Notes: generated by a model not told the origin, from the letters alone. A DNA stretch of 64,000 nt from Haliotis rufescens (GCF_023055435.1 NW_025964235.1:1178001-1242000); one strand, 5' to 3'; numbered from the stretch's first letter, positions 41,047 to 52,756 are shown. Translations and numbers: made by a program.

Positions 41047-42596
41047 ACGATACTAAAACAGGTGACAGTGACGTCGATACTGACACAGGTGACAGTGACG
41101 TCGATACTAAAACATGTTACAGTGACGTCGATACTAAAACATGTTACAGGGACGTCGATACTAAAACATGTTACAATGACGTCGATACTAGCACAGGTGA
41201 CAATGACGTCGATACTAAAACAGGTGGCAATGACGTCGATACTAAAACAGGTGACAGTGACGTCGATACTGATACAGGTGACAGTGACGTCGATACTAAA
41301 ACGGGTGACAGTGACGTCGATACTAAAACATGTTACAGTGACGTCGATACTAAAACAGGTGACAGTGACGTCGATACTAAAACATGTTACAGTGATGTCG
41401 ATACTAAAACAGATGACAGTGACGTCGATACTAAAACAGATGACAGTGACGTCGATACTAGCACAGGTGACAGTGGCGTCGATACTAGCACAGGTGACAG
41501 TGACGTCGATACTAAAACATGTTACAGTGACGTCGATACTAAAACAGATGACAGTGACGTCGATACTAGCACAGGTGACAGTGACGTCGATACTAGCACA
41601 GGTGACAGTGACGTCGATACTAAAACATGTTACAGTGACGTCGATACTAAAACAGATGACAGTGACGTCGATACTAAAACAGATGACAGTGACGTCGATA
41701 CTAGCACAGGTTACAGTGACGTCGATACTGGGACAGGTGGCAGTGACGTCGATACTAGCACAGGTGACAGTGACGTCGATACTAAAACAGATGACAGTGA
41801 CGTCGATACTAAAACAGATGACAGTGACGTCGATACCAAAACAGGTGACAGTGACGTCGATACTAGCACATGTTACAGTGACGTCGATACTAGCACAGAT
41901 GACAGTGACGTCGATACTAGCACAGGTGACAGTGACGTCGATAGTAAAACAGATGACAGTGACGTCGATACTAGCACATGTTACAGTGACGTCGATACTA
42001 GCACAGGTGGCAGTGACGTCGATACTAAAACAGATGACAGTGACGTCGATACCAAAACAGGTGACAGTGACGTCGATACTAAAACAGGTGACAGTGACGT
42101 CGATACTAGCACATGTTAGAGTGACGTCGATACTAGCACAGATGACAGTGACGTCGATACTAGCACAGGTGACAGTGACGTCGATAGTAAAACAGATGAC
42201 AGTGACGTCGATACTAGCACATGTTACAGTGACGTCGATACTAGCACAGGTGGCAGTGACGTCGATACTAACACAGGTGACAGTGACGTCGATACAAACA
42301 CAAGTGACAGTGACGTCGATACTGGGACAGGTGACAGTGACGTCGATACTGACACAGGTGACAGTGACGTCGATACACACACAGGTGACAGTGACGTCGA
42401 TACTGGGACGGGTGACAGTGATGTCGATACTGATACAGGTTACAGTGACATCGATACAAACACAGGTGACAGTGACGTCGATACTGGGACGGGTGACAGT
42501 GACGTCGATACTAACACAGGTGACAGTGACGTCGATACTGATACAAGTTACATCGATACTGACAGGTTACAATGACGTCGATACTGACGCAGGTTA
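41047..42596. repeat. Minisatellite, 27-bp unit GACGTCGATACTAAAACAGGTGACAGT
   Basis: Direct inspection. Confidence 0.97.
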
Positions 42597-43105
42597 CCGA
42601 GTCGTCGGCGTCACACCAGATAAAAATACACTTGATAAAATCAATGCGTAAGACCTATTTTGCAACATTTTGGAACAATGTTTCAACTTGTTGCATTTTG
42701 AATGTTTGTTTGATGAAGGGTATCTAATACCATATATATATAATAAACCGTAAACTGCTGCAGTCCAGCATTACATGCAAAAGGTTGATACATTGTACTT
42801 CGGATATTACGAACTGGTGTTAGGAATTCATTTATACCGAAGTGATCTACAATGAAGGTTCAGTTTGAAACAGAGGGAGCTCCTGGAAGCAAATCCAGCT
42901 CCTCATCCTGGAAGCAGGCCCAGACACAGATCCTGGAAGCCAATCCAGACACCGATCCTCAATCATCTAATTGTATTTACACGTCATTGACCTTGCAGCG
43001 GCAGGGTCGTGGGGTCAACTTCCTCCTTACCAGGAAGGGCTGTTGAATGTCACTATTTTATGTGTCGTTTCTTGATAATGTAACAGAATCAGTGGACAAT
43101 CTATT

Positions 43106-43528
43106 TCATAGTATCACACATCTACAACAGTCTTTCTCTGGCACATTGTGACCTCCACCAACGCGGCTTTTCTTTGTCATACAAGCTGCGTGCGCTGCTG
43201 TGAGAAACACCGACCTGACGCCATCGTTATTGAGAGATGAACACTCCACATAGTCCACGACCTTCAATTCACGTGCCAACCTCTGACCTTCCTCGTGGAG
43301 CACGGGCTTTTTACCGATCTCTGCTAAGCCCGACTTGACGACAGAATTGTTCCGGAGGTCAAGTTTGGTGCCAACGACAATTATTGGGATCTCAGGCTGG
43401 GCAGACCGGATTTCCGGCATCCATTTTTCCCGCACATTTTCAAAGGATTCTGGACAGGAAATGTCGAAGCAGACGACAAACACGTCAGTGGTCATGTACT
43501 CCAGCAACCGTAGAGACAAGGAGCTGTC
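43106..43528 (-). CDS. Atypical Rho-family GTPase gene C, exon 3 (terminal)
   Basis: Acceptor TCTTTTGTAG|GAC. TDVFVVCFDI...SFENVREKWMPEIR...VVGTKLDLR (G4), Rho insert, YVECSSL (G5), ending DCCRCVIL* (CaaX). Confidence 0.93.
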   Translation of the reverse strand, partial: DSSLSLRLLEYMTTDVFVVCFDISCPESFENVREKWMPEIRSAQPEIPIIVVGTKLDLRNNSVVKSGLAEIGKKPVLHEEGQRLARELKVVDYVECSSLNNDGVRSVFLTAAHAACMTKKSRVGGGHNVPEKDCCRCVIL

Positions 43529-44226
43529 CTACAAAAGACAAGAAACCCGATACAGCAAAGGATGCTACATAATCTGTATCATTTACTTAAAGAATATAAA
43601 TATAAATTGCGTTTCCCAAAAGAATATCATTTTTAAAAGAACAATGATCATATGTCGAGGGTATCCTTGGTCGGGGTCAGATTACGTCCCCAGAACCTAG
43701 TGCTTGCCCTAAGAGCAGACTAAATTGGGGATTGGTTGGTCAGGGTCTGTAGCTTGATCCGTTGATCATGTTATCCAACAGCGGGCTGTCTGGCCCTGAC
43801 TCAAATATTTACAGGGCGTCGTAATATAGCTTGGATGACGCGGTTTAAAACAACATTCACCAAGGGCGCCAATTTGGGTGGCAGGCAGCCCACGGATGAT
43901 GTCACTAAGAGTAAGTGCGTGTCGTGAGAGAGGGGCCTATCCTTCATGTAATGTAATATCATATGTTTTCTTGAAGAGTTTTAAAAAAGTCATCTGCGTC
44001 TTACTTTTCTTTTTCAAAATAAACAAAGGCATGTGAGGATTTTGAGCTGTGCAGGCGAGTGAAACTGACACTCGCTCTCAGACACAGATCTAACGTGTTG
44101 GCGTTCGGGACCATGACGACTTCAGCTAACGGGTCAACCATTCTATATAACCAACAGCACCCTGCAAATCTAAGGCTCGATTTGGGGTTTATGACAAGGG
44201 GTTGAGGGGATGTCCGTGGCACTCAC

Positions 44227-44315
44227 CAGTCCCAGCGTGTCGGTGAAGTCCAGATCGTAACGTTGTCCGTCCACCTGGATGTTGGGGTAGGTGCTCTGGT
44301 TGAAACCGGTTCCAG
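44227..44315 (-). CDS. Atypical Rho-family GTPase gene C, exon 2
   Basis: Acceptor TTCTTGTTCCAG|, 89 nt, (A)GTGFNQSTYPNIQVDGQRYDLDFTDTLGL, donor |GTGAGT. In frame with both flanking exons. Confidence 0.9.
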
Positions 44316-46053
44316 CTGGAACAAGAAACGGAAGTGTCATATAAGGGTATATCAGCTGTTGAATTGAGGCACTCGTCACCACTCTCATATGTCCGTAACT
44401 TATAGGAGGGGGGCCTTCGGCTTGTCCCGGAATGGCACGTGTTGGTCACGAATGGAAATGTAAAACTTCATCGGTTTGAGGAGAGTGAAAGTTGGGGCCT
44501 ACATATTACATATATTGAACGTGTATTCATTAGTTTTGAAGGATTATTGATATCTATTGCAACTGTGAAGATAAGTTCCCGTAGAAACATCCTTTATCAT
44601 GTTTATACAGGTATATATATCAGATAGCTACGCTGTAAATCGCAAAGAACGATGAAGAACGAAGCGTGGTTTATTTCGCGATAAAACATTGTTCTCTCAT
44701 GACGTCATTTTTGGAGATTTGATTATGCGCTCGCAACTTGATGACGTCATATATTGGACGACATTTTTGAGAGGGAAGTATCAAGTGAGTTGTTCCCAAT
44801 AGATGTAGTTGGGGTAAGCAGATAAGCGTCGAACGACCGCATGCAGAAGTGGGAGAGGCATGGTAATCGGTATAAGGAGAAAAGGTACAGATAATCGACG
44901 TGAGGATTTTGAGAATATGCGGAAAATACCAATACCAAACCCGCCTGTTCATAAAATGGACTTGTCCGACATTGCGGAGGTCGGATTCTATTCAGGGAGT
45001 CATCATTTTTAAAATACGGGTACATCTTTTTAAAGCTTGTACATTTTATGACCTGACTGTACTGTTCGCCCCTCATGGTTTATTGTCCCCGCAGTGTTTT
45101 ATTGTACGATATCCAGCTTCCCACGATTCACCATAACGTGATCTGTTATCATGTAATACAAAATAAACGTTCTCTATAAGCATTTTCGTATGTCGGTGAT
45201 GATTAAATCATGTACAATGTGATGTTTTCAAAAAAACATTTTTGTTGAGAATTCTGAATCGACACATACAATTTAAGTCTAGAAGAAAAAAAAACTTCAC
45301 AAAAGTTATAGGTTCAAATGTGCCTAACAAGGGATTGCACGTAAGTTTTCAAAACCAAAATGATGTTTTTATATAACAACGCTCGAGCCCGATGCGTTGA
45401 TGTTTGCTCTCCCAAACACTGATGTCTTTGTTTTCAAATTCTAAGGACATCAAAATTGTAAAATGGTGGAGAATCTGGTTTTGTGGAAACCCTAACTGCT
45501 TGATCTGATGTGGAATATGCCGCAGTTGTAATTGTTCTAGCCAAAGTAAACAAGGCGGGCTCGGCCGACTACAGTGGAAATGTCACAGCATCGGCGGGCG
45601 GCTGTCAATTGAGAAGGCCAGAGGGACATTATAGCACAACATATTAACATATCATTTGATGTCGGTGGTTAATAACCGTTAATGTACAGAGTGACCCACT
45701 ACATAATCACACTGGTTTAATATCAGCTGTTTTGGGGAATTGGATAACTGTTATACAAGCAACGTGATGGATCGACGCCTCTGTCATCCGTCTGCCATAT
45801 GAGATATGCTTGCGAGAGGCAGCTTGCTGATTGTGTGGTAGCAAGGCAAAGGGAAACGGTCGAGTAGCTTCTAAATGGGACATTCTAGTGGTGTGCATCA
45901 CACATCAACACACGTGATGTAACATCCGGGCAGGAGAGGAATATGGTAAACTATCGTCTTCATTCAACACATGCTCGCCCAGGGTCGCACTTGTTCGGAT
46001 ATAACGAACCCAGGACTGGTCCTGGTAAACTTGTATGGAAGGTCTCATACTAA

Positions 46054-47053
46054 TGCCATATACCATAGCCATATACCACAGTCATATACCATAGCCATAT
46101 ACCATAGCCATAAACCACAGTCATACACTATAGCGATATACCATAGTCATATACCATGGTCATACACCACAGTCATACACCACAGTCATATACCATAGCC
46201 ATATACCATAGTCATATACCATAGCGACATACCATAGCCATATACCATAGTCATATATCATGGTCATATACCATAGCGACATACCATAGCCATATACCAT
46301 AGTTATATACCATAGCAATATACCATAGTCATACACCATAGTCATAAACCATAGTCATATACCATACCGATATACCATAGTCATAAACTATAGTCATATA
46401 CCATAGACATACACTATAGTCATATACCATAGCAATATACCATAGTCATATACCATAGTCATATACCATAGTCATACATCATAGTCATACACCATAGTCA
46501 TATACCATAGTCATATACCATAGTCATATACCATACCGATATACCATAGTCATATACCATAGTCATACACCATAGTCATACACCATAGTCATATACCATA
46601 GTCATATACCATGGTCATACACCATAGGCATACACCATAGTCAAATACCATAGTCATATACCATGGTCATACACCATAGTAATACACTATACTCATATAC
46701 CATAGCCATATACCATAGCAATATACCATAGCTATATACCATAGTCATACACCATAGCCATATACCATAGTTATTCACAATAGCCATATACCATACTTAT
46801 ACATCATAGTCATACACCATTGTCATATACCATAGACACACACCACAGTCATACATTATAGCCATAAACCACAGTCATACACCATAGCCATATACCATAG
46901 CCATAAACCACAGTCATACACCATAGCCATATACCATAGCCATATACCATAGTCATATACCATAGCCATACACCATAGCCATAAACCATAGTCACACACC
47001 ATAGCCATATCCCACAGTCATTCGTTAACCACAGGCATATATCATAGCCATAA
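46054..47053. repeat. Minisatellite, 13-bp unit CCATAGTCATATA (intron 1 of Rho gene C)
   Basis: Direct inspection. Confidence 0.96.
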
Positions 47054-47226
47054 AATTGTCGTGAGGTCATCGAACCGTGACATCATATAACACACCGAAC
47101 ATCAGGGTTGATAGTACAGCTTGTGTATGATACAGCAGACGTATACGTTTATGATTGGACAACAGAACTGCACCCGACAGAGAGAGGGTTCAGGCCAAAT
47201 GAGTCACCACATATTTGCTTCTTGCA

Positions 47227-47616
47227 ACTGATGGAATACCAAATCAAACTGGGTATCCGTCTACATACGCATAGTGTCTAGACATCCCAAACTGGGTGCG
47301 TTTCACTCAGTGACATAACATATTAGACCAAGGACCGAGCTACTGATGGCATACCACGTCAGACTGGGTATCCGTCTACATACGCATAGGGGCTAGACAG
47401 CCTTAGACTGGGTACGCGTCTACTCAGTGACTTAAGACATTACACCAAGGACCGAGCTACTGATGACATGCCACTTCAGACTGGGTATCCGTCTACATAC
47501 GCATAGGGTCTAGACAGCCTTAGACTGGGTACGCGTCTACTCAGTGACTTAAGACATTACACCAAGGACCGAGCAACAGATGGCATACCCATCAGACTGG
47601 GTATCCGTCTACTCAC
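47227..47616. repeat. Tandem repeat, about 116 bp x 3.3, starting at the exon 1 donor of Rho gene C
   Basis: ACTGGGTATCCGTCTAC at 47248, 47363, 47480 and 47596. Confidence 0.92.
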
Positions 47617-47770
47617 CAAGATGCCACTCGAACGACGCCGGGACGCATGCTGGGTACTTCTTAGTGACGTAAGTCAGCAACAAACACGTCTTGCCCACTT
47701 GACTGTCTCCCACCACGGTCACCTTCAAGGTCCTGTGTTTGCTAACTCTCCGCTTGCCAGAGCTTGACAT
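47617..47770 (-). CDS. Atypical Rho-family GTPase gene C, exon 1
   Basis: Manual translation MSSSGKRRVSKHRTLKVTVVGDSQVGKTCLLLTYVTKKYPACVPASFEWHL. Phase-1 donor G|GTGAGT. A possible acceptor (TTGCCAG|ACAATG) just before the ATG suggests an upstream non-coding exon. Confidence 0.92.
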
Positions 47771-48719
47771 TGTCTGGCAATTGTAGATGAAAAGAGTTTT
47801 GATGAACCTCGTGTGCTCTTAACGCTCTAAATGCAGTGAAAGAGCTTCCTTTCATTCAAAGCTCAGAATGAACAGAATATCTCGGGCGACTGAACGCTGT
47901 CTCTACCCCGCTCCGTGCAGATATCACAGTTAGGGTGTAATGGACAGGTACTTTTGTGCAGGACATCAGTGTAAGATCCGTTGTAATTGAATGTTCGACT
48001 TTGGTCGCTTGTTGATAGGAAAATAATGGTATTGTTTTGCAAGTTATAGTGACTGGTTGTGACATTCCACAGAAGTAACGCTAAATAGCCGGCAATAGGA
48101 AGCCGGTATCCGCGAGTCACTTGCAAGAACACTGGTCCCGCGCATTCCTTATATGGCACAACACTCACGATTGCACGGACACGCCTCTGTACGCAGGGCT
48201 TAACTGGTACAGCCCCGACAACCGTGGTACAGGGCATGCTGCAAGCGGGGATGAAGATGCAGGCAGATCATGACATCATGACAGTTAGTCATGACGAAAC
48301 ATATATATAAATGCGATAGAATTTTTCTGATACCACTTACACCATTACTACATGTTAAAATGTCTGTAATAAAAAATAAATGGTCAGATATGTTATACAG
48401 ATCATTGTATTTTGTCAAAGACCTGGCTCTGGTTATTTTTGTATATCATCTAAGGAAAACTTTGGTATTAAAGTGATATATTTAACGAACACTCCAATCC
48501 CTTATCGCTGTATATGAAGAGGCGTAGCTACTCCAGCGCTTAATTCGGAAATTTGACATAAACACACTTGGGGTCTATTGAAACACGACACACCAGGCTG
48601 ACTTTTGGGATGAGACCTGCTTGTCGCGCCGAGGTCCTCCCAGCTCATAGACCGCGGTGTGTAGCGGGGCCAATTACTTGAAAACACAAGTGCAGTACAG
48701 CCTAGCCAAACAAACACAT

Positions 48720-48854
48720 TACAGTGGCTTGGTTGTATGAGCGAATCTAATATTCCTTACATGGGTACAATGTGTGAAGCCCATTTCTGGTGTTCCCCGC
48801 CGTGATATTGCTGGAATATTGCTAAAAGCGGCGTAAAACCATACTCACTCACTC
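48720..48854 (+). mobile_element. SINE family A, degenerate head
   Basis: ATGGGTACAATGTGTGAAGCCCATTTCTGG...CTCACTCACT. Confidence 0.87.
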
Positions 48855-48917
48855 TTTATTTGAAACAAGGGGTACTGAACATCTTAGACTTGAAGTCTTA
48901 GTATCCCCAGCAACGTG

Positions 48918-49110
48918 GGTTTGTTTGTTGTGTAACGCTGCACACAGCAATATCACGGCGGTCTGTAAATATTCGAGTCTGGACCAGACATTCCAGTGAT
49001 TGATATCACGAGCATCGATTTATGCAATTGGGATACGATGACGTACATCGACCATGTCAGCGAGTCTGACCACCCGATCCCGTTATCACCTCTTACGTAG
49101 CAACGTGGGT
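48918..49110 (-). mobile_element. Family B copy (5'-truncated)
   Basis: Reverse-complement homology to 41-308. Confidence 0.85.
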
Positions 49111-49227
49111 GTGAGTGAGTTAGGATTAGCGCCGTTTTGAATTGAATATACACTAGTTCTGTCGTGTAAGCTCAGTGTGGAGGAAGGACCGTGTAATATC
49201 AATGTAGGTCAACAGAGTGAGTGATGA

Positions 49228-49365
49228 TGTGAGCGAGTATGGTTTTACGCCGCTTTTAGCAATATTCCAGCAATATGACGGCTGGTGACACCGGACATGG
49301 TCTTCACACCCAGGTCTTCGGCGTGAGGAGCAAAGACTTCAACTACTCGGCTAACCCAACGCCGC
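49228..49365 (-). mobile_element. SINE family A, internally deleted
   Basis: TATGGTTTTACGCCGCTTTTAGCAATATTCCAGC...GTCTTCGGCGTGAGGAGC. Confidence 0.8.
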
Positions 49366-49626
49366 ACAGTTCGTTAGAAGTTTACCGCTGTGGTGCAACT
49401 CGAGAAGAAGGGTATGGTGTTGACAAACTAAAGATCATAGCCTGGGCCAATCTGGCATTCGAACCCACGATCACAGCATTCGGCCAAGCAACGAATTGTG
49501 GCGCCTTAGACGACTGGTCAGGTGGTTCCCTCCTCCCTACCGTGTGTTGTTATGATGCATCGGTAGCATCTGAATGGGGAGGACAACTCTTTGTATACTT
49601 CATACTTCTTGATATACAGATATTCT

Positions 49627-49814
49627 TAGACTAACATTTAGTCTCTGAAATCTTATATTACACAATATCCTTCTTGACTCTAAAAATAAAATAAATTCCC
49701 TATGCTGATTTGTGGAATAGAGCTAGCTTGAGCTGGCTAGACTTGCTTTTGTATGCATTTCTAGATTATTATTTTTTCATAAAACAAATATATTCCACGG
49801 TCATGGTGCAGGAC
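49627..49814. mobile_element. Family D copy (inverted, truncated)
   Basis: Reverse complement of about 5184-5368. Confidence 0.75.
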
Positions 49815-50029
49815 TCAGATATCCTGTACAGATGGTTTTCGGGTATGAAGGGCCAGAGCGCGACGTACCACGTGGTAACTCCGTGTTGGGTATTCCAGAC
49901 ATTGTCTTTCCACTTCCTTGTTTTCCACTCACAAGAATGTTATCTCACTACCCTGCCTGGCCGTCCGCACGTCAGGCTGAAGTTCCGTGTTCCACTCATG
50001 GCCAGCACATTCCTGAGGTTCACCGTCGT

Positions 50030-50820
50030 GATACTGCTGGAATAATGTTTGAATACTGCGGGAATATTGCTGGAATAATGTTTGAATACTGCGGGAATAT
50101 TGCTGGAATATTGTGGAATACTGCGGGAAAACTGCTGGGATATTGTGGAATACTGCGGGAAAACTGCTGGAATATTGTGGAAAACTGCTGGACTATTGCT
50201 AGAATACTGTTGGGAAGTGCTGGAATAATTTTGGATTTTTTGTAATGGTGCTGGTTACGTATTGTAATGCTGCTTGAATATTGATGAATAGTACTGGAAT
50301 ATTGATGGATAGTACTGGAATATTGATGGATGGTACTGGAATATTGATGAATAGTACTGGAATATTGATGAATAGTACTGGGATATTGATGGATTGAGCT
50401 GAAATAGTTCTGGAATATTGATGGATAGTGCTGAAATAGTACTGGAATATTGATGAATAGTGCTTGAATATTGATGAAAAGCACTGGAATATTGATGGAT
50501 AGCACTGGAATATTGATGGATAGTGCTGGAATAGTACTAGAATATTGATGGATAGTGCTGGAATATTGATGGATAGTACTGGAATATTGATGGATAGTGC
50601 TGGAATAGTTCTGGAATATTGATGGATAGTGCTGGAATATTGATGGATACTGCTGGAATATTGATGAATAGTGCTGGAATATTGATGAATAGTATTGGAA
50701 TATTGATGAATAGTATTGGAATATTGATGGATAGTGCTGGAATAGTTCTGGAATATTGATGGATAGTGCTGGAATATAGATGGATAGTGCTGGAATATTG
50801 ATGGATAGTGCTGGAATAGT
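50030..50820. repeat. Minisatellite, mostly 21-bp unit CTGGAATATTGATGGATAGTG
   Basis: Direct inspection; degenerate left portion. Confidence 0.93.
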
Positions 50821-51820
50821 GTCATATGCACCGTAAAACTATATTTATTCTTGTTATGTCTGCTATGTGGGGAATGCGTGTGCAGATCTTAATGAAGATG
50901 GTGTTTTCCTGTGGTGTATGTCAGAAGGCATCCTGTTAGTACGCACAATCTCCATGTAAAATGAATGTATTGTAGCATGTCTTTGATATACGTTAATAAA
51001 CTCCACAGGGTTCCATCTAGTCCAGACTTGACTATTTACCACACTCCCGACACATCAGGAGATCGGGCTGTTACAGTGTGTGACCTGGCCGACTCATTGT
51101 CTCCATGTCGGTTTAAACACTCGGCGTTTGTCTGAAACTTGTGTATATAACCATGTCGCGTGTATTAGAGGATATACGGTAATGCTGAAAGTTGTGTGCA
51201 TAAGAGATGTTGACGCAAATATTTCATACTCAAAGGAAACTGTGTTTCAGATTAAATTTTATCACCGAGATTCATATCCGTGCAGTATCACAGTAGGGGC
51301 ATGTCGGCATGTTTAGTTCTAAACATGGCAAGGAGGAAACGACTGTTGTTTCCTCTCCACCGAGTCATACGTGACAGCGTTCTGCGAAGTACATCAAACG
51401 TCTCCCACACTGACATCACCCCCACAGCTGGACGCCGGCATACAGTGTGTGACGCATCTACAACTATGCATCTATAAACAGACCACATACATGTGTCAGA
51501 GAGACTATTGGTTAGGATTATTTTTTGTAAAGTTAAAATTTAATGAGGGAATGAGATACTTGCGTATTTCACCCGCATTGTTTAGTTTATTGACAGGTTC
51601 TGCATATTGACATGTCAACATAGAGGATAGTTACGCAGAGCAGTATCTGTTCGATGTTATGCACACTTACACATGCTCTGTCAAAGTCAGGATGTTCCTC
51701 AACTGAGCTTTTCGGACGGTATACTGATATGACAAGGAGAACGAGAACGTGTTCATTGTGTACCCTCGATAGAGTTGAAGATGAGTATCATGTTCTGCTT
51801 GTATGTCTTCTCTATTCTCA

Positions 51821-51969
51821 GTGAGTGAATGAGTTTAGTTTTACGCCGCTTTTAGCAATATCCTAGCAATATTCTAGCGGGGGACACCAGAAATGGGCTT
51901 CACACATTGTACCCATGTCGGGAATCGAACCCGGGTCTTCGGCGTAACCACTAGGCTACCCCCACACCG

Positions 51970-51972
<3 letters not shown>
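51821..51972 (-). mobile_element. SINE family A (small internal deletion)
   Basis: Reverse complement of the 52097 copy. Confidence 0.9.

Positions 51973-52037
<65 letters not shown>
51972..52037. repeat. (CT)n microsatellite
   Basis: Direct inspection. Confidence 0.97.
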
Positions 52038-52040
<3 letters not shown>

Positions 52041-52096
52041 AATAAACATGCTGTGCCCCTGTCTCCCAAACATGGACATGTTTATTAAAATTAGTG

Positions 52097-52260
52097 GGGG
52101 CGGTCGGGTAGCCTAGTGGTTAAAGCGTTCGCTCGTCACGCCGAAGACCCGGGTTCGATTCCCGAAATGGGTACAATGTGTGAAGCCCATTTCTGGTGTC
52201 CCCCCGCCGTGATATTGCTGGAATATTGCTAAAAGCGGCGTAAAACCATACTCACTCACT
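52097..52260 (+). mobile_element. tRNA-derived SINE family A, full length with TSD
   Basis: A box TAGCCTAGTGG, B box GGTTCGATTCC, (CACT)n tail. TSD AAAATTAGTG at 52087-52096 and 52261-52270. Confidence 0.93.
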
Positions 52261-52756
52261 AAAATTAGTGTATTAGAACTTTATCAAAGATTGACATATT
52301 TTTATATTTGAATTAAGTACTAGACGCAGTGTTCATGAGAATCTTTAATGTTATCTTTTGCAAAGCGAATAAATGCAACAAAAACCTGAGATACTGAAGA
52401 ATTGAAATCCTTAATTTTATATCCCAACCTACCCCAGCCTGGGTTCACAGGGTCAAGGGGTGGGCTGATAGGGACATATCACATATTCCATTGGTTTGTG
52501 GCATATGAAAACACAAAAGTAATACCATTCATGTGAAATTCATACCTGTGATTAAAACTGCCAAGACGAACCCCTCCTTTGTTGTCTCACCTGACGTCTC
52601 TACCTGGTTCTCATTTTTTCTTTTCCTGTTTCGAACATTTTTAATTAATTGAGATGATAAAACCAGGTAGTTTACATGACGCGTTAAAGCATCTGATACT
52701 TTGATCAGAAACAGAGCTTCCCACAACAGAGATATGAAGTCTGTTATGAGATATGA

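Noticed and set aside
41037-42651. 529-aa and 447-aa ORFs with TxT repeats (antifreeze / beta-solenoid-like)
   Set aside because: Open on both strands because the 27-bp unit lacks stops. No non-repetitive coding context.
52097-52170. tRNA-like sequences (also about 49450-49530 and 60960-61030)
   Set aside because: They continue into SINE/TE bodies and lack a complete cloverleaf. They are SINE heads, not tRNA genes.
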